The notes below the pieces were generated by a model, which saw only the letters and a program-made list of their open reading frames with translations, did no database searches and was not told the origin of the DNA. Positions 12,754 through 26,212 of a stretch of DNA of 64,000 bases are shown here, piece after piece; within the stretch, counting starts at the first letter, position 1; each line of letters opens with the position of its first letter. This DNA is from Podarcis bocagei. Lineage: Eukaryota. The position numbers were made by a program, and so were the translations under genes. The stretch lies in assembly GCA_964188305.1 (NCBI GenBank), contig OZ076903.1. One strand, given 5' to 3'.

Positions 12754-14637
12754 AAAAATCCATTTTTTTAAAAAAACCAATTTAAATAAAAAATCCGAGT
12801 TTTATTTTTTTTAAAAAAAAAAAAAATCATTTATTTTTATCCACCCTAGTCTGAACCATGTGTCTGCAGCAGGATATTAAACCAGGTTCACATTACAGAG
12901 ATATTGCAAGTATTCCTGAGAAAATATACCTGCTGTAAAATTCTTTATCTATTGTTATCAGAAGTCATTTAGCATTTAAAACCTACTGATAATAATAAGG
13001 TTACATCTGTTCACTATTTTAAAATATTGAGGCACATGTTTTTTCCTCAATAGTCCTGGATTTGAGAAAACAGCCAGATTTGACAGCATTTGGCTGTTCT
13101 GTACAACCAGCACTGTCACAGCCAGAATACATCTTGAGACCTTCTGCAAGATCCTGCACAAGCTTCTGAGACCTTGTACAACTTTTGGGACATGGTACTA
13201 AACACTTCAACACCTTTTGCAAACTGAAGCACGCTTCTTTTCTCATGCAAGAAATTTTGTGCTATGTCAGGAAAAAATGTTCTGCAAATGGAAGGTGCCA
13301 TTCACTTTCAGAAGAAAATTGGACCCAACACATGGTCTTTCCTCTGAAATCTTAACCAGAGTACAACCAAGTCCACTGAGTTTAGTCGAACCTTTCCCGA
13401 TTTAAACATGTAAATGGGTCTGCATGGTTAGACATCCATTCAATATTCTAAACTTTGCCAACTTTTCTGTTCTTGCCTGGAGATTCTTGATTATCTGGCA
13501 CCCATCGTCCTGGATGGTTGTGAACTACCCTAAGTCCTGCAGGTATAGGGCGGTATATAAATTTAATAAATAATAATACTAATCCTTCCTCTTACTATCC
13601 TACAAAATCCCTTTTCTTTTTCTTTTACACATGCTGTATCACACCCAAAGTTTTAACTGGTACACTAGCTTTCCAAAAGGGATCTAAAGAGAAAATATGG
13701 AAACATATGGAAAAGCAAATTCAGAATTATTTCTCTGACATTTATTAAATTAGTAATAGTCATCAATGATAATGATGATGATGATGACCTGTGTGTAGAG
13801 GAAGCCAGACAGCTGAATGGGCCCCTAAAGAGCTAGGGTACTCTATATGTCTTTAGGGGGCTATCAAACCACTGACAATACTTTGCAGAACACTTGATTA
13901 TAAGGTGGGGGGGATGGTAGCTGTTTTGATTTATCTGCCTGGCTTCCAGGCTAAAACTTGACTAATGTTTGCATTGCTAGTGGTATGCAGTATTTAATTT
14001 TCATATACCGTACATAGTTTCAGACTGCATTAATTCTAGAATTCTAGCAACTTTTAGAAATATTCTCCCCCCCCTGTTGGCTGCAAATATAAGTGATTCA
14101 AATCCAACAGCAATTTTGCTGTCGCATTTATTTAGGAACCTGGGTAATTACATACAGGTAAGAAGAGCATGACACATTGACGTGGCTGTGTCTCACAGTT
14201 GTGGCAACTGGTGTCAGTTGCAGATCTGAAGCCCTCCTAAATCACACAGATGTTTTAAATCTCCCTTACTATGTTATTATTACTTACACAAAACCACCTC
14301 TGTTCTTTACACCTCAGAGCAGGACTGTCCCTTATGATGATCTCCACTACTGTTTTCATATTGGTCACAAAACGAGCATCTTGACAGCATAAAGCTATTT
14401 GTTGTGTTGGTCCATGCCGCCTTGTGTTCTTTGGGTTCGTTAATGAGGATGCTTGAGGAATTAATTCAGTCTCTTCAATTTCTTACATAGGTTAGCACAT
14501 CTCAGGCCAGGTGGGCGTTTACGCTGTGGACCTCTGCCAATGATTTGAGATCTCCACTACCCTGCTTCCCATATTATTTCACCAAATATTGTTCAGCAGA
14601 GCATATAAAACTTCAAAAAGGGCAGGAGGAACTCTAT

Positions 14638-14769
14638 TTTAGGAAAGTTTTTAATATTTAATGCTGTATTGTTTTTAACAGTCAATTGGGAGCCGTCCAA
14701 AGTGGCTGGGGAAACTCAGCCAGATGGGCAGGGTAAAAATTATTATTATTATTATTATTATTATTATTG
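14638..14769 (+). mobile_element. L2 LINE 3' terminal fragment with (ATT)n tail
   Basis: GTGGCTGGGGAAACTCAGCCAGATGGGC hairpin end shared with 55977-56322. Confidence 0.8.
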
Positions 14770-16208
14770 TAAAAAAATGATTCAGCTATAATGTAAATGT
14801 AAGGAAATATGCATTTGTCAGCTAAATACATAGTCAGCTATGTATGTAAATAGCTAAATATTTTGAGACAAATTTATATATATTTATGGATAAACCATGT
14901 GAACATGACAAACTCTCATAGTAGGTATCAGTTTGCTGCTATCCACACTGAGTTTTGGGGATAACTATACTTCCAAGCAACTTAGAAGAACAGATTGTGT
15001 ATTTTATTTTATTGTTTCAATTATATAGATTTATATGCAACCCCTTCAGCTACTGAGCTCTCAGGGCAGCTTACATAGTCATAAAGCAAAATCCAAGAAG
15101 TATAAAAATATGAATACTAATCAGATAAAATGACACAGCAGAAAAGAGATGACACAGCTGAGCAATAAATGAAACCGCAGCAGTAGGAATAAACTCAAAA
15201 TCTAATACTTGCTGGAAGGTCTACACAATTTTTCAAGGGCCCAGCCTGACACCAATGGGTCACCAGATTTGGTGCCAGATTGCTTCCCCGTCCCCCCTTT
15301 CTGGGAAGAGTGGCTCACATTTTGGTGCCACAAATGGGAAAATCCTCTGTCTGTACATCATCCACCTAATTTATTTTAAAGGTTTATTTAATCTGATCTT
15401 TGTGTTTAATGATGGCTCTATGTCCATTTGTTTTCAATCGGACTTGTGTGCCACTTGGATTTTTATTGTTATTTTTGAGTAAGCAACCTATACAATTTCA
15501 GAACAACATATATAATTACAGGAGGTGGAATGGGGAGATCTTGAGGAAGGGCCTCAAATGGTGAACGTAACAATTGGGGAGGCTCTTTTGGGATGAGGTA
15601 GTTCTTCAGATGCCATGGTCCAAAGGTGTTTAGGGCTCTAGAGGTCAGCACCAGCGCTTTTAAGTGTGATTAGAAAGAGTATAATTCATTCCAAACTAGC
15701 TAGATAGGATTCTGGTAGCCAGTCCACATTTATCTGTATGTCAGATCATAAAAAAGATAGGGAGGGGGAGAGGAAATGTATCAAACACCCCTAAAAAGGG
15801 GGCAAAAGAGAACAAATATTTGCAAAACAAATGTGTATAGTCTAATTTATTGAGAGATGCAAATTTAGAAGCAATTACTATATTTTAAAGAGATATACAA
15901 ACTGACCAGTTGACCTTCAAGAATCAAAGGAGAGCCCTGCTTGAACAACCCAGTGGCTGATCTAACGCAGCATCCAGATGTTTTGTTGTTCAGCCTGCTG
16001 TTCAGGTGATGTTTATGGGCAGTTTCAAGGCTCTTCCTCTCCCTTCTTTAAACAGGCTTCAGACCGGATAGACTTTTAAACAGCAGCCTAAGTTAGCAGC
16101 CTAGAGGCAGTGGTATGAACCAATGGACATTTCTGAGCAGATTGCATTGTAACAGGTTACTTTATGCTGGTTATTCATAAAACACATTAGGAGATGATGA
16201 TGATGATA

Positions 16209-16520
16209 GTTTCCCCAGCCACTCTGGGCAGCTCCTAACAGAATATTATTATTATTAATAACAAAAGTAATAAAACACCAAACATTAAAAACTTCCCTAA
16301 ACAAAGCTGCCTTCAGATGTCTTCTAAAAGTCAGATAGCTGTTCTTTCCTCGACATCTGATGGGATGGCGTTCCACAGGGTGGGCGCCACTACCCAGAAG
16401 GCCCTCTGCCTGGTTCCCTGTAACCTCACTTCTCGTAGTGAGGGAACTGCCAGAAGGCCATCAACACTGGACCTCAGTGTGGAGATGCTCCTTCCGGTAT
16501 ACTGGGCTGAGGCCATTTAG
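16209..16520 (-). mobile_element. L2 LINE 3' fragment
   Basis: Encodes RAFWVVAPTLWNAIP, the typical L2 ORF2 C-terminal motif; reverse-complement match to 55977-56322. Confidence 0.85.
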
Positions 16521-16537
16521 AAAAACGAAACAGTATA

Positions 16538-16779
16538 GAGTGGTACCTTGGGTTAAGAACTTAATTCGTTCTGGAGGTCCGTTCTTAACCTGAAACTGTT
16601 CATAACCTGAGACACCACTTTAGCTAATGGGACCTCCTGCTGCTGCTGCACCAACACCACATGATTTCTGTTCTCATCCTGAAGCAAAGTTCTTAACCCG
16701 AGGTACTATTTCTGGATTAGTGGAGTCTGTAACCCGAAGTGTCTGTAACCTGAAGCATCTGTAACTCAAGGTACCACTG
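16538..16779. mobile_element. Tc1/mariner (Tigger-like) MITE
   Basis: AGTGGTACCTTG...CAAGGTACCACTG|TA; highly similar to 35352-35577. Confidence 0.9.
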
Positions 16780-19546
16780 TAATCTCCATGTGCATGATTA
16801 CTTTGAAGTATGTTTATTGGATTCATTTTAGGTCACCTAAGTTATCTGTCTAAACTTAGCAGTAGGATTGCAAGGTGTGCCCCAAGTAACCTGTCTTGCA
16901 TTTGTTGTCTCTCCAAAATCAAAGCACTGCCTACAAACCTGACTAGGGAGCTAACTGATAAATATCCCACTACGCGGATATATTAAAGTAAATATCATGT
17001 CATGACTGATGGATATTCCTTTCCACTTGTCTCTAACAATTTTTCTGCATTTTTTTTTTTAAAAACCACTTTTTATTTTACTTTCAATGCTCAAAATTGG
17101 TGTAGATCTGAAGCCTCAAGACACCTTCTATCTACTCTATATGCCCTTATGGGTCATATTCCCATGCCTGTATGCTTCAGTAATTGATTGTATTGGTCTG
17201 AAGAGAAATGAGTACAGAATGTATGCTTTGTACCCATAAAATTGCCCCATACCATACTATCATTTTCCAATTGCTTTCCCCACTTGCTGAAGACCAATAA
17301 AAGAGATTTTACTCAGACATTATCAGATATCATGTAAAAGAGCCCCTATCTTCCCCCAAAAAACTTTTAGAAGAACCCTGCTGCCAACAATGGATTTTAA
17401 GTGGATTTCATCAAAGTATGGTTGAAACTGTCACTTCAACGATATGACTGATTAATGAGCATTTCTGCCATATAATATCATTTTTATTCCTGGCAAACTC
17501 ATTTTAAACTACACCAAAGATTTTAGCATTTTTTGTGTCGGAAGCTGAATGTGGTTTAAATCACAAAATTTGCAAAAGCTCAACTTTCAGACTGGGCTGG
17601 AAACACGCAGCTATTGGACGGATTCCAGCTTCTAGAAGTTTTGAATTATCCATTTCTAATGTGGCTGCCTCTACTAGGAACATAGCATTTCCCCTGCTCA
17701 AGGCTCAGTCAGCTGTTCTTGAAGTAAATCATCTGTGAAGAACTGCTTCCACGAAAAGTTGATTGGTTGGATAAGATTTACATGCAATGTCTGCAGATCA
17801 GTTCTGAAGCCACAAAGCCCTACATGGATCACTGATGATGACAGAGAGCAAGCATATAGGGATGCCATCTGTAATAGAGGAAACACTTTTCTTATACCAC
17901 TGTATCTATTTCAAGGCAGTGACAAGACTATTTTCTTCAGAAAGCAGGTGACTGCATGCGAAGTATGGGGCAGAATAGATACAAGCCTACATTACTATCT
18001 GTCTTAGGTCTATAGCTGCTGTGATTCTCTTCCACAAGGAGCCCGTAAATTTCCAAAAACTGGTCTGCAGTAATAGCTGTCTTGCACTTTTAAAATGCAA
18101 TGGATGTCTCAATCTTTGGATGGCAGATCATTGGGGGGGGGGAATGCTTTTAAGGTGGGTTTATTTTTTTATTTTTTTAAGAACTTACCCAAAAACCTTA
18201 GATGAAAGAACATTCCTCTTGATGGATTAGACACTCACAGCAACCAGTAAAAAATAAATAAATTCAGGTTTCATTTAAGTACATAAAACAGGGTCACTGG
18301 TTTCATAGTTCAGCCTTCACATTTGGCTTGAGAAATAAAGGGTTGAGCATATTAAACTTGCTGACATGAACGTCCACAAATTTGGGAAGTCTCTTCCTGT
18401 CACTAAAATATTTATGCAGTCTTCCTGGTTTTTTGTTTCTTTAAAAGAAAACAACAACTCAAGAGTCATTTAATGCTGAGCAATGGACTGCAGAAGCCAG
18501 GATGAAACCCTATAATGGGTTAAGTAAGATTACTAATAAAATAGCTGATGTATTAAAACATCACAGTTATTAATGTCTTCTTCTTTTTTCATTACCCATA
18601 GTCTAACCCAAACCCAGAAGTAGCCCTCTATAATTGATGCAATTTATAAGCCATCATACACTCTCTCTATCTCTCTCTCTCTTCTGGTTCCACATAGCAT
18701 CCTTCATTTGAACAGTATAATTTCGAGGGAGAGCAGGGAGTGTTTTGTTATTGCTATTGTTAAACAATTGGAGAGGTCAGAAATCAGTAAGCTGTGTACT
18801 TACTGCAAATCATATAGAAATCTGCCAGCAGAGCTAGAGATACTTTCTGTGCATACCTGCATTGGAAGACTACCATAGCCTGACTTTTGCAACACTGCAA
18901 AATTTTGAGGTGGGGCACAGGCACTTAATGGCAGAAGTGGTATTTTATCCACATACAATTACAATTTGTATTTTCAGTTATTGGCTTCCATTCGGGCTAT
19001 TGGTGTTTTGAGGTTTGCTTACTGCCCAGAGTCTTTCTAATCGGATGAAATAAAAAGTCCACATGAATGGAAGCGCCTGCTTGACCAAGTTACCACAGAA
19101 GAAATTAATTTCCAGGCACAGTGGCATCAATTAGTAGTGCTTGGTGAAACCCAAAGGTCGACATGTCACCCTATATACATGAAGAATAATTCATTTAATG
19201 ACAGTTTAAAACAATTTAGATTTAGATTGTAACCAAAGCTTACATTTAATGTTTAATTAACTGAAGAAGCAGTCAATTAAAAATATGAAATTAAAGAACT
19301 AATTATCTCCGTTGACTGTGATACCATTTTTATGAGCTGCATGTAGTTAATAGTTTTAATCTGATTCAGTATCCTTGACATTTATGAAATATACCCTACA
19401 AATACGGCATGTATTAATTAACAACATTCACCATGGTTCCTGTGTATTTAGCATTAAAAATTGTAGGAATCGTTGTCCCAAAATAGGCTAACATAACTCC
19501 CATGGTTCACTGTGCCTCCCTAAAAAATAAATTTCTGCTCCATGAA

Positions 19547-19826
19547 AAAAGAAGAAGAAGAAGAAGAGGAGGAGGAGGAGGAGGAGGAGTTTGGATTTGA
19601 TATCCTGCTTTATCACTACCCGGAGGAGTCTCAAAGCAGCTAACATTCTCCTTTCCCTTCCTCCCCCACAACAAACACCCTGTGAGGTGAGTGGGGCTGA
19701 GAGACTTCAAAGAAGGGTGACTACCCCAAGGTCACCCAGCAGCTGCATGTGGAGGAGTGGAGACGCGAACCCGGTTCCCCAGATTACGAATCTACCGCTC
19801 TTAACCACTACACCACACTGGCTCTC
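19547..19826 (-). mobile_element. Squam3-type tRNA-derived SINE with (CTT/CCT)n tail
   Basis: Minus-strand head GCCAGTGTGGTGTAGTGGTTAAGAGCGG (A box), B box GGTTCGCGTC; matches 60596-60881 and 62286-62530. Confidence 0.85.
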
Positions 19827-19969
19827 TCCAAAACACATCTCCAGATCTGCAGTGTGTGTAAGGAAATCCCAATCTACTACGTCTCTGAATGGTATTATTA
19901 TAAATTTGGTGGGAGGTCGTGAGGGAAACCACCCTAAACCCAAGAAATTAATGAATGTCAAAATACAGT

Positions 19970-20853
19970 GATATTTGGAATATGAAGGGGGAAATCAAGC
20001 TGCAGAACTGTGCCAGACAATGAATCCCAGGGCTGGCTCATGTAAACCAGCCTGGCAACTCTGCTTAAATGCAGAGCCATTAATAAACAATACTGGGCAA
20101 TTGGCAATGCAAGAGAATTGTTCTTCCCTCCTGCCATGAGGTTTGGGGGACAGGAAATTTGGGAGGTTGCCAGGGTAACTGGGCATGATGCCACAGGAAG
20201 GTTTTTGGGCCTTTACCAGGAGGCTTAGACTAGCTAAAGGAAAGGAGATTGGTTGCAGAGAGGCTAGGAAAGATGCCTTGGACTCCAATTCTGCACTGCT
20301 GTGTGGTGAACAAGGGCCTCTTGAGATGGCCATGCTGTAAGATCTGGACTCCGTCCATCTAAATTCAGGTGTGAATATGTGAATAAATCCTACTTCCCAA
20401 AGCTACGGCAGACTCCAGGACATCTTGATTCTAAAAGAAACACAGACCCAGTGGCGGAGGAAGCCGCTCTGGTGCCTGGAGCGGTGTGGCCAGGGGCTGG
20501 GCGAGCTGCCCATAGGGGCAGGACACACCGTGGGGACTCCAGAGTCTACCTGCCTCCTCCCACTCAGCTGCCCTATAGCTGGGGGGAGGCAGTGGGTGGA
20601 CTGTTTGGGCAGCACGCAGCCTGTGCGCGCCCAAGCCACCATGTCTCTCCCAGGAGAGACGCGTGGCTCGGGCACGCTGAAGGCCCCACAGTGAGTGCCG
20701 CCCGGCGTTTTGTCACCTCCCTCAGTGGTGACACGGGGCAGCCTGCACCCACCACACCTCCCTCTTCCTCCACCGCTGCACAGACCCTGGGTGGGTGTCA
20801 AGATACCCCTGGGATCTTCCCACAGCTTGGCAGAAATTGGGGGTGGTGCCCAA
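19970..20853 (+). mobile_element. LTR-like element interrupted by a hAT MITE
   Basis: AATAAA near 20382; sequence resumes after the MITE TSD; boundaries approximate and no TSD found. Confidence 0.4.
20449..20778. mobile_element. GC-rich hAT MITE
   Basis: TIRs CAGTGGCGGAGGAAG...CTTCCTCCACCGCTG; perfect 8-bp TSD CACAGACC (20441-20448/20779-20786). Confidence 0.9.
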
Positions 20854-21351
20854 CTTTTGCAAAAGTATGGTATGCATTTCTGATGCCCGAACACTGAATA
20901 ACAAATATATTCAGATTTTGCATATTCAAATTTTGTTCTGTAACACAAAGGATTAAAAATATTGATTCTTATTTCACGGATTCTTACACCTCTTCAGTGA
21001 CACCACAATGAAAAGCAGCAGCAGCAAAGATAATATGGGTGAAAGCATGCAGAAGAACATTACGCCTGCAAGTCAAGGTAATGATGCTTGCAGAAATCTG
21101 GTAGTAGCTCAAAGCATTATTAAGGTGCAATGAAATTCTTGTAGACAATTTCATTCTGAAATCAGAACACTGTAAACACACGTCTCATCTTAGTACAGTG
21201 GATGAAATTACTTAGATGCCAAATTAATGCACAGTAAATCTTCTGAAAAATAAGGAGTTGACAGCAAAGTGTACATCAGTTGTCTGAGTCCACCGTTTCT
21301 ACAATGGCCCACTACCCGAGGACCCCAGCTTCAGCTGTTTATTATTGTTTG

Positions 21352-21400
<49 letters not shown>

Positions 21401-21480
21401 CCCTGCCCATCTGGCTGTGTTTCCTCTGTCACTCTGGGCTGCTTACAGCATATATAAAAACAGAGTAAAACACCAAGCAT
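21352..21480 (-). mobile_element. L2 3' end with (ATT)n tail
   Basis: (ATT)n run next to CCCTGCCCATCTGGCTG...CACTCTGGGCTGCT. Confidence 0.7.
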
Positions 21481-22149
21481 TATGAGTCATGAGGGCCCGG
21501 ACAGTGTGTGTATGAACTTAACGTTGCTTAGTTTCTTTTTTAGATGCTATTCTGTTAATGTTGTTACTATCATTTTCTACATTATAAATGCCATATTGAG
21601 TTGTTACTCATATAATATGACTGTAATTGTGGTGTCTACCTTATTTTTTAGTCACTGCGTTGTTAATACTGTTTTGTAGTTTGCTAATTTTTGTTGATTT
21701 TTAATTATCTTATTATTATTAATTTGTGATGTTCTATTACGTTTTATTGTGTCATTGTTATTTATTGTTTGTAAGCCACTTTGAGATTCATGTGAATGGA
21801 AAACGGCCCAGAAATACAGTAAATCAAATCAAGCATTAGCAACACATGGGGTTATTAGGTGTTTAGGTAGAAATTTAGCTTAAGAGTATGACTTAGGGGA
21901 CTCATCAACAGCTTGTTAAGTAATTTGTTCAACATATATGGGGCTATTTAATAGCAAAAGTTCTGACAGCGGTGAGGCTCATTAGGCAAGCCTGCTGGAA
22001 GTCCCATGCCTGCATAAGCTTACACTACTTTTCTCTTCCCCACGAGTTGACATGTGTTGCAATAAGCTCATGATGATCACCGGACAGATCAAGAGCAGCC
22101 CTACAGTGAGTCACACAACATAGTGTGGTCAACGTGCAGATCTACCTCT

Positions 22150-23290
22150 CTTTCCAGTCCACTAATCCCAAAGAGGCAGCGGAAATCATCCATAAGTGTC
22201 TGGAACCAGTTCTGGAATAGATGAGGGATAATAAACTGAAACCTATTCCAACTAAGAAAGATACGCTGTTAGGAAGCTTGCTGCTCTTGATGAAGTTTAG
22301 TCCTGGGTAGGGTTGTATTCCTCATGAAGTGTGAGGGCTACAGCCAGTAGGTTCTCTTGCATCTGGAGCTATCTATAGTTTTATCTATGGAGAGGCAGGA
22401 AGCTTTGAAAACTGGAATGCTTTTTACTAGCTTTGGCTGGTTTGCCAGATGTGACCCTATGTACATAAAATAAGCAGGAAAAAATGTAGTATAAACACTG
22501 ACAACTGGGAAACACTGGCCTGCGAGCACTCTAGTTGGAGAACAGGCTTTACCAAAGGTGTCATGGGTTTTGAAAACACTCAAACTCAGGACGAAAGGGG
22601 GAAATGTGCTAAGAGGAAGGCATGTTTGGCAAATCCACACCGTGATCAACTCCCGACTGGAAACCCATGTCTCCACTGTGGAAGGACGTGTGGATCCAGA
22701 GTTGGCCTCCACAGTCACTTATTGACTCACTTTTAAAACTGTGTTTATGGAAGACAGTCTTACTCGGCTACGAGAGAAGAAGAAGAAGAAGAAGAAGAAG
22801 AAGAAGAAGAAGAAGAAGAAGAAGAAGAAGAAGAAGATACATCTGAACTTAATTACTCTAATATTCTGTGAATGGGGCTGCATGAGAAGACTGTTCAAAG
22901 GTACAGAATGCAGCTGCCAGAATTCTTCTGAGGCCAGTTATTCAAACCAAGTCACACCATTGCTCTATCAGTTCTGAAATAGTTGCCTATACAGTATTGG
23001 GTTAAAATTGAAGTGCTAGTTTTGACTTATGAAGTGACTTGGGACCAGGTTACTTGAAGGTTTGCCTGACCCATCTGTACGTACCTTGGCCTTCTGAATA
23101 GGGTGTCATAGGTCCTGCTCTGTGGCCCATCTCCAAGAGCCATCAGGAACCTGACCTTTTCAGTGACGTCCCCACATCTATAGAATTCCCCCTTTTAAGT
23201 TCCATTTGCTTCTATTTAAATTATTTATTTAAATATGATTGTAATGTACTGCATGCAACACAGTATTTTACTGTAAAAGGTGGGATAAAC
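22150..23290 (+). mobile_element. Old L2 LINE ORF2 relic interrupted by an RTE fragment
   Basis: Degenerate peptides CLEPVLE*MRDNKLKP (L2 'CL..V..WM..NKLKLN') and VQNAAAR, with stops and frameshifts. Confidence 0.65.
22478..22836 (+). mobile_element. RTE-clade LINE 3' end with C2H2 zinc finger and (GAA)20 tail
   Basis: Open frame NTDNWETLACEHSSWRTG...CLHCGRTCGSRVGLHSHLLTHF, stop TAA 22734-22736; short 3'UTR; GAA repeat 22776-22835. Confidence 0.85.
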
Positions 23291-24479
23291 AATCCATTAA
23301 AACAAAACAAGCATCCTCATCATGACCCCCCCCCACCAACTAGGCATTACAAAGAGAAAGCAGGGAGAATCACAAAATATAACGGCAGCATATCTCTCGG
23401 AATGTCTGATCAAAGAGACCCAAATCCCAAATCCTGAGCTGTGACGAGGAATCGTGGACAGATTTTGGGTTTGCCCAAGGGAAAGCATGGTGTATCAGCA
23501 ATCCAGACATCAAAACAATGGCAGAAACAAGCATCTAGTAAATTAAAAATTGTGTCTCTATGTCTTTATATGCTTACTGTGCAAAAAGAAGAAGAAAAGG
23601 CCAATGTGTGGTGGGAGAGTGGAAAGGGAACAGCTTTTCAAAATTGAAACTTATGTGTCTACCTTAACAGAATAAGTGGTTGGGAGGGAGAGCATCTTCA
23701 TAGCTGACAGACCTGTATTGTAATCAGAGGGAATGATTTTGCCAGTGCCCTGCAAACTCAGTGCTTTGTGGGGGCAGGGAACAGCATTGCAAGAGCAAAA
23801 TGTATGCTTTTTCCCATTAAGGAAGATGTCAAAATGGGAAAGGAAGAGGGTGGAGGGAGAATGACAGGTTAAGCTTCTAATAAGAGGAAACTGTTTTAAA
23901 TTTAATCCACTTTGGCCAAAAGTGGGGGGATGTTAAAGCCATTTTTAGATTTTTCCCATTATAGTGAATAGGGAACAATGAGCTTCATTTTATAGAGTGA
24001 TTCAGCTTGAATTATAGTTTGAAGTGGAAGACAGGACAGTGTGTCAGAAGCAAAACAGAATTTTGGAAAATGGATAGATACAGATACATGGTGGATCTTA
24101 GGGCCCATGCATGCCTCTAATATGTAGATTATTGAATTACTGCAGCACAGTCTATGTGGTGCTCCCCTTGCATTTGGTTCAGAAGCTACAGATAATCCAA
24201 AATTAAACATAGCACTACTTTTGCTATGCCATTAGCCTGAAGTTGACCTCATGGAGTCCTTAATCACTCTATAACCCTGTGTTCCTTGTCTTTATTCATT
24301 TCTAAATTACATCCTACGAAGTACTCAAAAGCAAATAAAGATCAACATAAACAGAATGTAATTGTTTTAGAGCTTGGTGAGAAGTATTGTGTGTTTCTTG
24401 TTTATGAACCTGGATTCCCTGCATTTATGTCCGTTTAACTGATTTTTTAAAATTGTACATTTAGTAAGAAGTGGGGGGA

Positions 24480-25150
24480 TAACAGATTAAAAAATCAAAG
24501 GGGGGGGGCACACAAAAAACTGTCAGCTAAACTGTCCTAAATTCCTAATTGTCCAAACAGATATCCAAAGAAAGTTGGTGTTTATAGAACATATGTTCGA
24601 ATGTAGCAAGGGGGTCAAGTTCTTCAGAGCATTGTGTAATAGATAGTGAGCATTTATCCTCCCAGGCTTGACATCAAGGGTTTGCAAAGTCCATTTCTCT
24701 TATCTTGCCTCTAATCCCCATGGTACAAGAATATAATTTAGATGTGCATGGACACCCACAAATTTGCCAGGACAAAGTTAATCCAGGCAACATTTTTTGA
24801 TAAAAGCAGTAAAGAACACTGGACAAGCCCACATCATATGTTTCAACAAGCCATTTCCACCTCCAGGATCTGAATGAGGCTTTCAATTTTTGTCGAATCA
24901 ATCTCAATTTTAAATCTAAAGGAGCATTCTGTATATATTCTAAAGCAATTTTCCATTGTTTGGATATATAGTACATTTTAGCTTCCTGTTCTATTCTCCC
25001 ATAAGTTCCCCAAGTTCTACTTTACAAGCTCCTGATTGATATTTGTAAACGATGGTTATGTGATTGATTCTCTGAAAAGATCCAATCATTCCTTCCTGCA
25101 ATTTAGGGGGTGCTGAAGCACCAAAGCAACTGGAACATAAATAGACACCA
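24480..25150 (-). mobile_element. Ancient L1-clade ORF2 3' relic
   Basis: Peptides WKIALEYIQNAPLDLKLRLIRQKL and QCSEELDPLATFEHMF resemble the L1 ORF2 C-terminal/zinc-knuckle region. Confidence 0.55.
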
Positions 25151-26212
25151 ACAGGTGTTGTAAATGAAAATACTTCCAATCAGCACCCATTGATATCTAG
25201 TCTGTAATATGGGAAACTGTAAACACACACACACACACACATTACCTGTTTCTATCAGCTGACTTGCAGAGTAAATCCCACAGTCTACACATTTCTTTTT
25301 AAAAAACACACACACCATAATTTCCTCTCTATGTTCCAATCTGGGTTACTCTATTAAGATAATTTAGCATGAGCATATAGATTTATAGCTGATGGAACCA
25401 TACGCAATGTCTCTATAGTCTCTGAAATTGAAGGTGGTATAAGTCTGTGCTGCTGTTCCAAAAAGGGGTGTTAAGTAAGCCATCTGGGGTATTCATAGAA
25501 AAAGACTTGCCACTTGTTCATACATGCTGGCATAAATGGCTTATGGACTAAACTAATGGCTGAAAAATTAATTCCTTCTCTCTGTATGAACAACTGCATT
25601 CACATCAATGTGCTTCACAAATAACATTAAAGAGATATATATCCATATCTCCAATCAGATAAAATAGAAGACAAATATTTACACAGTGCAGGGGCATACA
25701 CTGGCAAAAATTAGTGCCTCCATTGTAAGCATTAAATATATTGTATGGATTGTATCATAAATGTTTTATTAGACCTCAGTCTGTAGGCTAAGGACAGGTA
25801 CAAATAAAATTGGCCAAAATATGGAGATATTGTCTACATCTTTTGTGCTGTTCCATATTTCCCCCCATGATTTCTTTTGCAGGTTTGAAATTAAGTGAAT
25901 GGATGGGCGGCTAAACAGCACTGTAATACTTACTATACTGTATACATCTCCTTGCTAATTTTAAGCACATATGAGCTTAAGCACAGTATTCATATTTCTT
26001 TAGGATGGGTGTGTGTGAGGGGTGGCTGTAGTCGGTCATAGGAAAGATGACAAATTTGATATGTCGTGGTGCCATCTTGTGGTTCATGCATAAAAGATAT
26101 ACTCTATATCATGTAATCATTGTAATGAACTAAGTTTATTTTAAATTTGTGTCCTGCCCTATCCAATAAATACAAATGTGTTAAACTAAACCACTACTGG
26201 GCAGTTCCCAAG

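Larger units (their letters stand above)
10557..12848. mobile_element. AT-rich hAT MITE (~0.6 kb) interrupted by an L1-derived element
   Basis: TIRs CAGGGTGGAT...ATCCACCCTA; perfect 8-bp TSD GTCTGAAC (10549-10556/12849-12856); GATTTAAATC subterminal motifs. Confidence 0.9.

Noticed and set aside
20379-20948. 172-aa and 181-aa ORFs on opposite strands
   Set aside because: Produced by the GC-rich hAT MITE (20449-20778); the frames cross its TSDs
22776-22835. (GAA)20 as an independent repeat or poly-Lys ORF
   Set aside because: It is the 3' tail of the adjacent RTE LINE fragment
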